A stretch of 38,939 nucleotides of DNA from Planctomycetota bacterium (GCA_016872925.1 VGYR01000003.1:1-38939); one strand, 5' to 3'. Counted from the first letter of the stretch, positions 8,058-18,015 are shown. Translations and numbers: made by a program. The notes: generated by a model not told the origin, from the letters alone.

Positions 8058-9656
8058 TCAGTCGGGCGTCGCCGGAAAGCGGGTTCCCGGGACGGCAGAA
8101 CCCGCCGAGGCGACGGATCCCCCCAGCCGCCGCAGGATCGATTTTTCGACCGTGTCGAGCAGCTGGTCCACGCGAAATGGTTTGAACAGCACCAGGTCGA
8201 TGCCGGCCTGGCGGGCCTTCACGATCGAATGGCCGGGGTCGTAGCCGAAGCCCGTCATCAGGATGAGCGGCACCTGGTCGATGATCTCCTGCAGGCGGAG
8301 CAGGAGTTGGTAGCCGCTCATGTCGGGGAGGCGGATGTCGGCGATGATCGCATCGTAGCATTCACCTCGGCAGGCCCGGACCATCGAGGCGGCTTCCGTG
8401 CCGTCGCGGGCGGTCTCCACCGTGCAGCCCGATCGTTCGAGCAGGGCGTGGGCTGCTTGCCGCACCTGCTCGTCGGAATCCACCACGAGGATCCGTCTCC
8501 CGACCAACGTCCGCCGCCGCTCACCCTGACGCCGCTGCGCGTGGGCGGAACTGGGGGCCATCTGCTCCCCGACCTTCTGGATCACCTGCTTGATGTCGCG
8601 GGCATTTTTGAGGATTCGCTGGAGCCGTTCGACCACGTCGGCGTCGTGGCCGATGTAGCGCTCCATGACGCTGACCGCATCGTTGAGGATGTCGTCCACC
8701 GGGAGGGCGACGGCACCGTGAATGGCTTCGATGCTCTCCGCCGCGGTCGAGGCCTTCTCCGCCACGAGCAGTTCCAGCGTGTTGAGGGCCGCCGCCACGT
8801 CCTGCGAGAAGATCTCGAGAAACTGCAGGTCCGTGCCGTCGAAGCCGCCCGGTTCAGGGCTCTCGACGTTGAAGGTCCCGATGACCTGCTCATGGAGCAT
8901 CAGCGGCACGGTGATCGAGCTCTTGGCCCCCTTGCACCCTTCGAGATAGAGCGGGTCCTTGGTGGTGTCGCTGCACCAATAACTCCCGCCGGTGGCCGCA
9001 ACGAAGCCGGTGACGCCGTTGTTCTCCGGACGCGCGTACAGGATCCGGGCCTCTGCTTCGGGCTGCATGCCCTCCGCAAGCAGCGGCTCCAGTCGCCCGG
9101 TCTGACGGTCCAGCAGGCGGATCTCGAGCACATCGAACTTCAGCAGATCCTTCGAGTAATGGATGATGTTGCTCTTCAGAAGTTCGATCCGCTCGCCGAC
9201 GGTCATGTCCGCCAGTTCGGCGGGCGACAGGTCGGCGAGCGTCTGGCCCGCGGCATGGATGGCAGCCCGTTTCTGCTGCTCCAGGATCGTCTGCGTGACG
9301 TCGCGGACGGTCACGACGGAACTGCCGCCTCGGGGCAAATCGGTCGGCAGATACGAGGCCGAGGCGTGGACGGCGAAAAACCTGGTGCCGGCCGTCTTCA
9401 AGATCGCCGCGGCCGGCCGGCCCGCGAGCAGGGCGTCGCGAAACGCCTTCACGTCGGAAGGCAGGTGCTCGCTGGCCCAGCCCGTCAGGGCGGCGACGAA
9501 GTCGTGGCCCCGCAGGGAGCCTGAACCACACCAGCGGCTGAGCTGTTCGTTGGCCCAGCGAAAGCATCCCCCGGCATCGAGGACGGCGACTCCATCGGGC
9601 AGATGCGCCACGACCTCGCGGTCTGGCGGCTGGGCAGAGTCGTCGTTATCCGCCAC
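8058..9656 (-). CDS. PAS-GAF-receiver signalling protein
   Basis: PAS (LPDGVAVLD..G…WAN), GAF (GVTGFVA…DPLY…SITVPL…IGTFNVES) and C-terminal REC (ILVVD…IADIRLPDMSG…LMTG…FKPF). Start placed at GTG 9656 after GGAGAG; the track's TTG 9737 falls in a predicted -35 box. Confidence 0.85.
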   Translation of the reverse strand: MADNDDSAQPPDREVVAHLPDGVAVLDAGGCFRWANEQLSRWCGSGSLRGHDFVAALTGWASEHLPSDVKAFRDALLAGRPAAAILKTAGTRFFAVHASASYLPTDLPRGGSSVVTVRDVTQTILEQQKRAAIHAAGQTLADLSPAELADMTVGERIELLKSNIIHYSKDLLKFDVLEIRLLDRQTGRLEPLLAEGMQPEAEARILYARPENNGVTGFVAATGGSYWCSDTTKDPLYLEGCKGAKSSITVPLMLHEQVIGTFNVESPEPGGFDGTDLQFLEIFSQDVAAALNTLELLVAEKASTAAESIEAIHGAVALPVDDILNDAVSVMERYIGHDADVVERLQRILKNARDIKQVIQKVGEQMAPSSAHAQRRQGERRRTLVGRRILVVDSDEQVRQAAHALLERSGCTVETARDGTEAASMVRACRGECYDAIIADIRLPDMSGYQLLLRLQEIIDQVPLILMTGFGYDPGHSIVKARQAGIDLVLFKPFRVDQLLDTVEKSILRRLGGSVASAGSAVPGTRFPATPD

Positions 9657-9708
9657 CAGAGACTCTCCGCCTGCCCGCACCCGGGACGATTCCTCGAACG
9701 CCGTACCG

Positions 9709-9737
9709 AGTATAAAAACGGCTGGCGAGGCCGCCAA
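9709..9737 (-). promoter_or_regulatory. Candidate sigma70 promoter for the PAS-GAF-REC gene
   Basis: Minus strand TTGGCG (9737-9732), 17 bp, TATACT (9714-9709). Confidence 0.55.
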
Positions 9738-9751
9738 ATCACCGCTCGGCG

Positions 9752-9779
9752 TTGTCGCGAGTCACGCTGCTTCTATACT
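9752..9779 (+). promoter_or_regulatory. Candidate sigma70 promoter for sdhCAB
   Basis: TTGTCG (9752-9757), 16 bp, TATACT (9774-9779). Confidence 0.5.
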
Positions 9780-9867
9780 CCCGGAGACATCAAGGTTGTC
9801 TTGCGTCGATCGTGGCGGAGGCGGTGACGTTTACCCGGACGGCGGCAACCCGCTTCGGAGTCCCATC

Positions 9868-10599
9868 GTGAGCGGCGAGTCTCCCTCGTTCCTGGAACGA
9901 CACCAGTTTCTGATCTACCGGCTCTTCTCCCTGGCCGGGTTCGTGCCGGTGGGAGCGTTTCTGATCGTTCACCTGCTGACCAATGCGTCGATCCTGGCGG
10001 GTGACGGGGGGCGGACCTTCCAGTCCAGGGTCGACATGATCCACTCCCTCGGACCGCTGCTGGTGCCGGTGGAATGGGCGTTCATCTTCCTGCCGATGAT
10101 CTTCCACGCGGTGGTCGGGTTCGTGATCATCGCCAACGGCCTGCCGAACGTGGGATCCTATCCGTACGTCAGCAATCTCCGGTACACGCTGCAGCGGGCG
10201 ACCGGCATGATCGCCTTCGCGTTCATCATCTGGCACATCTGGCAGCTGCACGCCCTGGGAAAACCCTTCGGCGGGGGCCGGTTCGATGCCCATGAGGCCG
10301 CCTCCTCGACGGCGGCGGTGCTCGGATCGACCGCCGTGTCGATCCTGTACTGCATCGGCATCCTCTCGGCCGTCTTCCATTTTGCGAACGGCCTCTGGAC
10401 GCTCGGCATCACCTGGGGCCTGTGGACGAGCCCCGCGGCGATGCGGAGGGCGAACGTCGTGAGCATCGCGGTCGGCGTGGTGCTGGCGGCGGCGGGGTTG
10501 GGAGCCGTGGCGGGCTTCCGGTCCCTGCCGGCGGATTCGGCATCGCACGGGCATGCCGCCTCCGCGGTCCACGAAACTCTGCCCCCCTCCTCTCCCTGA
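9868..10599 (+). CDS. sdhC: Succinate dehydrogenase cytochrome b558 subunit (single anchor, Bacillus-type)
   Basis: GGAG then GTG 9868. RLFSLAGFVPVG.FL.VHL..N, FHAVVG, QRATG…IWHIW and FHFANGLW give four candidate heme histidines. Lies directly upstream of sdhA. Confidence 0.92.
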   Translation: MSGESPSFLERHQFLIYRLFSLAGFVPVGAFLIVHLLTNASILAGDGGRTFQSRVDMIHSLGPLLVPVEWAFIFLPMIFHAVVGFVIIANGLPNVGSYPYVSNLRYTLQRATGMIAFAFIIWHIWQLHALGKPFGGGRFDAHEAASSTAAVLGSTAVSILYCIGILSAVFHFANGLWTLGITWGLWTSPAAMRRANVVSIAVGVVLAAAGLGAVAGFRSLPADSASHGHAASAVHETLPPSSP

Positions 10600-10624
10600 T
10601 CCCGTCCCAGGAAAGTCGCATCCC

Positions 10625-12616
10625 ATGGCTCATGAACGCGTGCTCGTCGTCGGCGGTGGCCTGGCGGGGCTCGCCGCCACCATGCGGCTTGCGGAACTCG
10701 GCATCGACGTCGATCTCGTCAGCCTGGTGCCCGTGAAACGATCCCACAGCGTGTGCGCCCAGGGGGGTATCAACAGCGTCAACGCCCTCACGCGGCAGCA
10801 GGGGGACAGTGAATGGAAGCACTTCGACGACACCGTGTACGGCGGTGATTTCCTGCAGCATCAGCCGCCGGTGAAGGAGATGGCGGACTGGGGGCCGAAG
10901 ATCATCGACCTGATGGATCGCCTCGGCGTGCCCTTCAATCGCACCTCCGAGGGATTTCGGGACCAGCGACGGTTCGGCGGCACCCTCTACAAGCGGACCG
11001 CCTTCGCCGGTGCGACGACCGGCCAGCAACTGCTCTACGCCCTGGATGAGCAGGTTCGTCGGTGGGAGGTGGAGGGCAAGGTGCGGAAGTGGGAGTTCTG
11101 GGATTTCCTGGCGCCGGTGCTCGACGAAACGGGCCGGTGTCGGGGCGCGGTGTGCCAGGATCTCGTGACGATGGAGTTTCGGTCGTTCCCGGCAGGTGCC
11201 GTGGTTTTGGCCACCGGGGGCAATGGGCTCATCTACGGTCGGTCGACCATGTCCATGGTCTGCACGGGCAGTGCCGTCAGCCGGGCGTATCAGGCCGGCG
11301 CCTGGTACGGAAACGGCGAGTTCATCCAGGTCCACCCGACGGCGATCCCCGGCGCCGACAAGCTGCGGCTGATGAGCGAGAGCGCCCGCGGGGAAGGGGG
11401 GCGGGTATGGGTTCCCCGAAAGCCCCAGGATCCGCGGGATCCGCGCAGCATCCCGGAGTCGGAGCGGTCGTACTTTCTCGAGGAGCGGTACCCCAAGTAC
11501 GGCAACCTCGTGCCGCGGGACATCGCCACGCGGGAGATCTTCGACATCTGCACGACGGAAGGCCTGTCCGTCGAGCAGGACCGGCTCTGCGTCTACCTCG
11601 ACCTCACGCACATCCCGCGGGAGACGCTCGACAGAAAACTCGGGGGCATCCTGGAGATCTACGAGAAGTTCCAGGGAGTCGACCCGCGGGTGACGCCGAT
11701 GAAGATCTTCCCGGCCGTTCACTACTCGATGGGCGGCCTGTGGGTCGACTACGAGCGGAGCGCGACCGGGGGACTGGTGGAGGGATCGTTCCGGAACCAG
11801 CAGACGAGCATCCCCGGCCTGTATGCGATCGGGGAGTGCGACTATCAGTACCATGGCGCGAACCGGCTGGGCGCCAACTCGCTGCTGTCGTGCATCTTCA
11901 GCGGCCTGTTCGTGGCCCCCACGCTGGCCAATGCCTGTGGATCGGGCTCGAGGGCCGCGGGGGACGAGTCCCGCCTCTTCGACCAGGAGGTGCGTCGCCA
12001 GGAGGAGCGGCACCGATCCCTGCTGGCCCGCACCGCGGGCGTCGAGAACCCCTATGGGCTTCACCAGGAGTTGGGCACTCTGATGACCCGCGTGGCCACG
12101 GTCGTCCGCCGAAACGATCAGCTCGTTCCGGCGTACGACGAGGTCTGCAGGATGGCCGAGCGGTGGACCCGGTGTGCCGTGTCCGACACCGGCAACTGGA
12201 CCAACCAAAACGTCGTCTTCACCAAAGCGCTCGGCGACATGTTTCCGATCGCCAAGCTCATCCTCAAAGGCGCGCTGCTTCGGGATGAGTGCCGAGGGGC
12301 CCACTTCAAGCCCGCCTTCGCGATGCCGGGGCTGAAGGCGACCGATCCTGTGGGGCGGCGGCAGGAAGCGGAGCAGTGGTGCGATACCTTCGAGGCCAAT
12401 ACCCGGAGATGGCTGAAGTCGACGATCGCGACCTGCGGGCCAGGCGGCGACCCGGAGATCTCCTACCAGGACGTCGACACCTCGCTGATTCCGCCCCGGC
12501 CCCGGCTCTACGGACTCGTCGGGGCGGATGCGATCGAGGAAGTGTGGAAGGAGCGGTCCGCGAGGGCCACGGACCACGCCGGCCGCGCCGCGCAGCCTGC
12601 CGGGGCCGGGGCATGA
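10625..12616 (+). CDS. sdhA: Succinate dehydrogenase flavoprotein subunit
   Basis: VVGGGLAG, RSHSVCAQGG (FAD-His), QVHPT, SESARGEGG, HYSMGG, HGANRLGANSL. Confidence 0.97.
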   Translation: MAHERVLVVGGGLAGLAATMRLAELGIDVDLVSLVPVKRSHSVCAQGGINSVNALTRQQGDSEWKHFDDTVYGGDFLQHQPPVKEMADWGPKIIDLMDRLGVPFNRTSEGFRDQRRFGGTLYKRTAFAGATTGQQLLYALDEQVRRWEVEGKVRKWEFWDFLAPVLDETGRCRGAVCQDLVTMEFRSFPAGAVVLATGGNGLIYGRSTMSMVCTGSAVSRAYQAGAWYGNGEFIQVHPTAIPGADKLRLMSESARGEGGRVWVPRKPQDPRDPRSIPESERSYFLEERYPKYGNLVPRDIATREIFDICTTEGLSVEQDRLCVYLDLTHIPRETLDRKLGGILEIYEKFQGVDPRVTPMKIFPAVHYSMGGLWVDYERSATGGLVEGSFRNQQTSIPGLYAIGECDYQYHGANRLGANSLLSCIFSGLFVAPTLANACGSGSRAAGDESRLFDQEVRRQEERHRSLLARTAGVENPYGLHQELGTLMTRVATVVRRNDQLVPAYDEVCRMAERWTRCAVSDTGNWTNQNVVFTKALGDMFPIAKLILKGALLRDECRGAHFKPAFAMPGLKATDPVGRRQEAEQWCDTFEANTRRWLKSTIATCGPGGDPEISYQDVDTSLIPPRPRLYGLVGADAIEEVWKERSARATDHAGRAAQPAGAGA

Positions 12617-12641
12617 CACACCGCATGCGAGGACATCAACG

Positions 12642-13523
12642 ATGATGATTCGGGCAACAGACGACGCTCATGCCATGACCGACGCTGCCGGAGCACAGCG
12701 TGGCGAACTCGTCCGGGTGCGGATTCTCCGGCAGGACGTGCCTTCCGGGGAGAGTTACTGGGAGCGGTTCGAGGTTCCTTACGAGCGGAACATGAATGTG
12801 ATCAGCATCCTGCAGAAAATCGCCGCGCAGGCGCGATCCCAGGATGGCCGCAAGGTGGCCCCCGTGGCCTGGGACTGCAACTGCCTGGAGGAGGTCTGCG
12901 GATCATGCACGATGCTGATCAACGGCCGGACGCGCATGGCCTGTTCGGCCCTCGTCGACCGGCTGCTGGCTGAGGATGGCGACGAGATCGAACTCCGGCC
13001 GATGTCGAAATTTCCCGTCGTCCGTGACCTCGTCGTCGACCGTCGACGGCTGTTCCGCGGGCTCGAGAAGGTGGAGGCCTGGGTGCCCGTCGAGGGGTCG
13101 TACGACCTGGGGCCGGGGCCGCGAATCTCTCCGGATGAGCAGGAAGATGCATATCCGTTGTCCACCTGCATGAGCTGCGGATGCTGCCTCGAGGCATGCC
13201 CGCAGTACACCAAGGTCGAAGTGGTGCGGCGGGAGGGCGAGTCCGAGAAGGACTTCGAGGCACGCCGCAAGGCCGCCTACGACGCCGCCTTCGTCGGGGC
13301 ACATGCGGTCAGTCAGGCGATGCTGTTCAACGCGCACCCCACCGGCAGAATGATCGCGGACGAGCGGATGAAGGCGCTGACCCGTCAAGGTGGCATCCAG
13401 ATGTGCGGCAACGCGCAGAACTGCGTTGCGGTGTGTCCGAAGGGGATTCCCTTGACTCGATCCATCGCCCGGGCCGGACGGGCGGCGACGGTCTGGGCCA
13501 TCAAGCGACTCTTCGATCGTTGA
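12642..13523 (+). CDS. sdhB: Succinate dehydrogenase iron-sulfur subunit
   Basis: CLEEVCGSC…C (2Fe-2S), CMSCGCCLEACP and CGNAQNCVAVCP. GAGGA precedes ATG 12642; alternative ATG at 12675. Confidence 0.96.
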   Translation: MMIRATDDAHAMTDAAGAQRGELVRVRILRQDVPSGESYWERFEVPYERNMNVISILQKIAAQARSQDGRKVAPVAWDCNCLEEVCGSCTMLINGRTRMACSALVDRLLAEDGDEIELRPMSKFPVVRDLVVDRRRLFRGLEKVEAWVPVEGSYDLGPGPRISPDEQEDAYPLSTCMSCGCCLEACPQYTKVEVVRREGESEKDFEARRKAAYDAAFVGAHAVSQAMLFNAHPTGRMIADERMKALTRQGGIQMCGNAQNCVAVCPKGIPLTRSIARAGRAATVWAIKRLFDR

Positions 13524-13657
13524 GAGCGCTCTTCGTGGCTCGAGCGGCCTGGCGACCTCCGGTGCCGGGGCGGAAGCCCGGTGGATCGCGTGATCGGGCA
13601 TCCTGCGGCCGCGGCCGGGGAAAACTTCGGTTTCGGCACCGGTCCGAGCCGTGCTAT

Positions 13658-13686
13658 TTGCCGGTTCGTCCCGGGCGTGGTACCGT
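13658..13686 (+). promoter_or_regulatory. Candidate sigma70 promoter for the DEAD-box helicase
   Basis: TTGCCG, 17 bp, TACCGT, with an extended -10 TG at 13678-13679. Confidence 0.45.
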
Positions 13687-13841
13687 TCGAATCGTGGTTG
13701 TGGGCGGCCCGTCTCAAATGCCGCCAACCGCCGAGCCGTCCCGGGTGACTCCGCGGCCGGATTCAGCCGCGGGCATCAGGAAGCCCCCGGGGAAGTCGTG
13801 CGGGCGACGTTTCGAGGAATCCAACGAGGCCACGAGTGTTC

Positions 13842-15236
13842 ATGGACAAAGGGCCCGCGCAGCCGACGGAGTCGGGGCGCCCGGGCGGCATGCAGGGTGG
13901 TGGGGCCGGGGCCCCGGCCAGTACGGGTGATTTTCGTTCCTTGGGGCTCTCCGCGGCGACGCTCGCGGCAGTGGATCGGGCCGGCTACTCGACGCCGACG
14001 CCCGTTCAGGCAGGTCTGATACCGCGGGCGCTCGCGGGAGTCGACGTGCTCGGGCAGGCACGGACGGGTACGGGGAAGACGGCGTCGTTCGTGCTGCCGA
14101 TCCTCGAGCGGGTCCTCCAGCCGGGGCGTGGCGGAGGCCCCCGCGCCCTGGTGCTCGTTCCCACGCGGGAACTGGCCGTGCAGGTGAAGGACGAGTTCGA
14201 GAAACTCGCCCATGGCTCCCGGATTCACTGCGTCGCGGTCTACGGCGGCAAGCCGATCAAGGGACAGATCGACAAGCTCGCAAAGCATCCGGCGGTGGTT
14301 GTCGGCACGCCCGGCCGCGTCCTCGATCACATGAGCCGCGGCACGTTGACGTTCTCCGCCCTGGAGATCGTCACGCTCGACGAGGCGGACCGAATGCTCG
14401 ACATCGGCTTTCGTCCCGATATCGAAAAGATCCTGCGCCGCTGTCCGGAGAGTCGTCAGACCCTGCTCCTGTCGGCGACGGTTCCTCCGCCGGTGCAGAA
14501 GCTCGCCACGCGGTACATGCGTGATCCGGAGATCATGGACTTCTCGACCAACGAGCTCGCGGTCGAGACGATCGAGCAGCGCTACTTCACCGTCGATCCG
14601 ACACGAAAGTTCGACCTTCTGGAGAAACTCCTGGGCCGGGAGGATCCCCGGCAGGTGATCGTGTTCTGTCGCACCAAGCGGGGCACCGACAAGATCTACG
14701 AGAAGCTCTCGCGCCGCCGTTCGCGGCCGCAGGGGGAGGTGGCGTGCATCCACGGCGACCTCTCACAGAGCATCCGCGACCGCGTGATGCGGAGCTTTCG
14801 GGACGGGAGCACGCGGATCCTGGTGGCGACCGACGTGGTCGGTCGCGGGATCGACGTCTCGAGCGTGTCGCACATCGTGAACTACGACATTCCCGAGTTT
14901 TGCGATGACTACGTTCACCGCGTGGGGCGGACGGGGCGGATGGGCCGAGAGGGCATTGCCTTCACGTTCGTGACGCCCGAAGAAGGGCCTCAACTGACCC
15001 GGATCGAGATGCGGATCGAGCGGCTGCTGAAGCGCGACGAGATCGAGGGTTTCGACGCGTTCGACCGGCGTCCCAAGCCCGCGCCCGTGGAACAGGTGCC
15101 CACGGGGGGATTTCAGCGGGCCCACCGCGAGGAGCCCGCGATGGACAGCCCTGAGCTGGAAACACCCACGCGGCAACCGGCTGGAGCTCTGCTCGGGAAG
15201 GGGCGCGGTCCGAAGCGTCACCGAAGAGCCCTCTGA
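13842..15236 (+). CDS. DEAD-box ATP-dependent RNA helicase
   Basis: Q motif (PTPVQ), [43 protein letters not shown], and a basic tail. Confidence 0.96.
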   Translation: MDKGPAQPTESGRPGGMQGGGAGAPASTGDFRSLGLSAATLAAVDRAGYSTPTPVQAGLIPRALAGVDVLGQARTGTGKTASFVLPILERVLQPGRGGGPRALVLVPTRELAVQVKDEFEKLAHGSRIHCVAVYGGKPIKGQIDKLAKHPAVVVGTPGRVLDHMSRGTLTFSALEIVTLDEADRMLDIGFRPDIEKILRRCPESRQTLLLSATVPPPVQKLATRYMRDPEIMDFSTNELAVETIEQRYFTVDPTRKFDLLEKLLGREDPRQVIVFCRTKRGTDKIYEKLSRRRSRPQGEVACIHGDLSQSIRDRVMRSFRDGSTRILVATDVVGRGIDVSSVSHIVNYDIPEFCDDYVHRVGRTGRMGREGIAFTFVTPEEGPQLTRIEMRIERLLKRDEIEGFDAFDRRPKPAPVEQVPTGGFQRAHREEPAMDSPELETPTRQPAGALLGKGRGPKRHRRAL

Positions 15237-15259
15237 CGGGCGCTCCGCGGGTCATCAGC

Positions 15260-15985
15260 ATGGAGCCACTTTCGGGGCGTGCGCTGAAGCAACGGCTGGA
15301 GAGCCTGGCCGCGTCAGGGGTGGGGCAGGTGCCGCGGCACATGGATCGCGGCGGTGCCGATCGTCGGCCCATGAAGCTGGAGCCGCCAGCCGAGGAGCCG
15401 GTGGCAGCCGGGTGTGCGGCCGATCGTGCGCGGCAGCTGCTCGTCCTCGCCGAGCAGGTCACCGGGTGCACCCTGTGCGCCGAGCTGGCGGCATCGCGCA
15501 CGCGGACGGTGTTCGGGGTCGGATCTCCGGATGCGCGGATCTGCTTTCTCGGCGAGGCGCCAGGTGCCGACGAGGATGCGTCCGGGGAGCCGTTCGTCGG
15601 CCGGGCCGGACAACTGCTCACCAAGATCATCGAGGCGTGTCGGCTGCGGCGTGACGAGGTCTACATCCTCAACGTGCTGAAGTGCCGGCCGCCGGGCAAT
15701 CGGACTCCGCTTCCTGACGAGGTCGGCAACTGCAGGAGGTTTTTCCAGCGGCAACTCGAGATCGTCTCCCCGGACTACATCTGCTGCCTCGGGGCGACCG
15801 CGGCGCAGGCGCTGCTCGAGACGACCGAGCCGATCGGCCGGCTCCGGCACCGCTGGTTCTCGTACCAGTCGGCCCGGGTGATCTGCACCTACCACCCGTC
15901 CTATCTCCTGAGGAATCCGGCCGCAAAGCGGGACGTCTGGGAGGACATGAAGACGTTGATGGCGGAACTGGGCGTCGACTTGTGA
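15260..15985 (+). CDS. Uracil-DNA glycosylase family 4 (4Fe-4S)
   Basis: [35 protein letters not shown]. Confidence 0.93.
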   Translation: MEPLSGRALKQRLESLAASGVGQVPRHMDRGGADRRPMKLEPPAEEPVAAGCAADRARQLLVLAEQVTGCTLCAELAASRTRTVFGVGSPDARICFLGEAPGADEDASGEPFVGRAGQLLTKIIEACRLRRDEVYILNVLKCRPPGNRTPLPDEVGNCRRFFQRQLEIVSPDYICCLGATAAQALLETTEPIGRLRHRWFSYQSARVICTYHPSYLLRNPAAKRDVWEDMKTLMAELGVDL

Positions 15986-16160
15986 CGGTCGGATTTTGCT
16001 GAAGATCCGGGTGGTCACGGTCCGATGATGAATGCGGGTCGTGGGGAGGGGAACAGCCGCTGGGTGCAGTGCTCTGCGCGCGGGGATCGGCAGCTGGGGG
16101 CGTCCGAAGAGGCTCGGACGGGATCACGTGGGCCTTGCAGGACGAGTCGTCGTGGCTCGG

Positions 16161-16601
16161 ATGAGCCGTGCGTCATGGGCGCTGGTCGCCGTGCTGGCGG
16201 CCGGGTGCACCATGTGCCCCGACCCGTACGACTACACGGGGCCCGTGCCCAACGGGGCACCACCTCAGAATGACTTCCGGGCACGGAGCAATGGCATTCT
16301 GCCGCTCGGGGCAGCCCCGACGCCCTGGCCCCTGATCGTGCACGGGGATGCAGGTCGAGGACTGGACTCTCCGACGCTCGCGGAGGGTGAGGCCGGTGCC
16401 CGACTCGTGTCCGCGGAATCCGACGCCGGTGAGCCGGTGAGCGTGCTCATGACGGCCGGTGTGGAAGCCGACGCCGGCGCACCGCAGCCGGATGCCGACC
16501 GCGGCGATCCGTGGCAGGTGATCCCGTCGTTCCCCGCGGTGGACGACGCGCCGGGAGCATTGCTCGAGACTCCAGGCTGGCGGCCCCGAACGGAACGCTA
16601 G
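16161..16601 (+). CDS. Hypothetical lipoprotein
   Basis: Lipobox LAAG|C followed by TMCPDPYDYTGP, then an acidic low-complexity tail. Start inferred. Confidence 0.65.
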   Translation: MSRASWALVAVLAAGCTMCPDPYDYTGPVPNGAPPQNDFRARSNGILPLGAAPTPWPLIVHGDAGRGLDSPTLAEGEAGARLVSAESDAGEPVSVLMTAGVEADAGAPQPDADRGDPWQVIPSFPAVDDAPGALLETPGWRPRTER

Positions 16602-16698
16602 AGCGCCCTCGGCGCGGCTGAATCGCCTGCCCGGGGCGGCAAGAGCCTGGTCGTGGCGCCGGTCCGCTGGCCGCTCGGGAAGGCGCGTGAAGGGCCGT

Positions 16699-18015
16699 TC
16701 AAGCGAGCTTGATGAGAGCCGGCTCCGGGTTCCACCCGTCCGCGATCACCGCGTCCTTTGGGACCACGGCGATGCCGTCGCGCACCGTGAACCGGGGGTC
16801 GTCCGCGGTGTCGATCCAGCCGTGTTCGTTGGCGATCCGCACCCGGCGGCCGATGCGGACGTTCTTGTCGACGATCGCACCCGAGATGATCGAGTCAGCG
16901 CCGATTCCCAGCGGAGGCAGGCCTCGCGCCACGTCGTCGGCGAGGCCGTCCTCGGTCTCGTAGTAGTCGTTGCCGAGAATCACCGAGTCGCGGATCACCA
17001 CGTTGCTGCCGACGCGACACCGCAGTCCGATCACGCTGTTCTCGATGACGGCACCGGCCCCGATCACGCAGCCGTCCGACACGAGGCTGTTGCGAATGCT
17101 GGCGCCGCCGAGTCGTGACGGTGGCAGAAACCGGCCGCGGGAGTAGATCGGCGCCTCGGCATTGACGAGGTCGAAGGGCGGCGACGGGCCGGCGAGTTCG
17201 CGATTGCACTGGAAGTACGAGCGGATGGTGCCGATGTCTTCCCAGTAGCCGTCGAAGGGGTGCAGGTGCACGTGCTTGGCGCGAATCGCGGCCGGAAACA
17301 CCTCCTTGCCGAAGTCCTGGTAGTCGGTCTTGGTCAGCAGGTCGAGCAGGCAGTCGCGGTCGAAGAGGTAGATACCCATGCTGGCCATCAGCGAGCGATC
17401 GTGCGCCGAGATTCCTTGAGCCTCGATCCACGCCGGGTCGGTCCGCATCATCTGCAGTTCCTTCGTGGTCCGCGGCTTCTCCAGGAAGCCCTGCACCCTC
17501 CCCTCGCCGTCCAGCCGCATGATGCCCAGGGCCGACGCCGCCTCGTCCTTCACGGGAATCCCGGCGATCGTGACGTCGGCCCGGTGGGCCATGTGCGTCG
17601 CGAGCATGTCCGCGTAGTTCATCCGGTAGAGTTGATCACCCGAAAGGATCAGAACATGCCTGATGTCGGGCTGCTGCAGATAGCGGAGGTTCTGCCGGAC
17701 GGCATCGGCCGTTCCCTGGTACCAGCCGGGATTGTCGAGGGTCTGCTGCGCGGCGAGGATTTCGACGAAGCCGCCGCTGAAGGGGTCGAAGGTGTAGGTG
17801 CGGCGGATGTGACGATGGAGGCTCACCGAGTTGAATTGGGTGAGGACGTAGATCCGCTGTACGCCGCTGTTGATGCAATTCGACAACGGCACGTCGATGA
17901 TCCGGTACTTGCCTGCCAGGGGCACGGCGGGTTTGGAACGGTCTCGGGTCAGCGGATAGAGCCGCGTGCCGCGACCCCCGCCAAGAACGAGCGCCAGGAC
18001 TCGCTTCACCGTCAT
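16699..18015 (-). CDS. glgC: Glucose-1-phosphate adenylyltransferase
   Basis: GGGRGTRLYPLT..RSKPAVP, YQGTADAVR, LSGDQLY, FLEKP, DFGKE, YWEDIGT, and a C-terminal beta-helix. GAGGAG SD. Confidence 0.97.
   Translation of the reverse strand: MTVKRVLALVLGGGRGTRLYPLTRDRSKPAVPLAGKYRIIDVPLSNCINSGVQRIYVLTQFNSVSLHRHIRRTYTFDPFSGGFVEILAAQQTLDNPGWYQGTADAVRQNLRYLQQPDIRHVLILSGDQLYRMNYADMLATHMAHRADVTIAGIPVKDEAASALGIMRLDGEGRVQGFLEKPRTTKELQMMRTDPAWIEAQGISAHDRSLMASMGIYLFDRDCLLDLLTKTDYQDFGKEVFPAAIRAKHVHLHPFDGYWEDIGTIRSYFQCNRELAGPSPPFDLVNAEAPIYSRGRFLPPSRLGGASIRNSLVSDGCVIGAGAVIENSVIGLRCRVGSNVVIRDSVILGNDYYETEDGLADDVARGLPPLGIGADSIISGAIVDKNVRIGRRVRIANEHGWIDTADDPRFTVRDGIAVVPKDAVIADGWNPEPALIKLA

Noticed and set aside
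9163-9867. Long N-terminal extension of SdhC
   Set aside because: It overlaps the opposite-strand sensor gene and the promoter region. An SD plus GTG at 9868 gives a normal-length SdhC.
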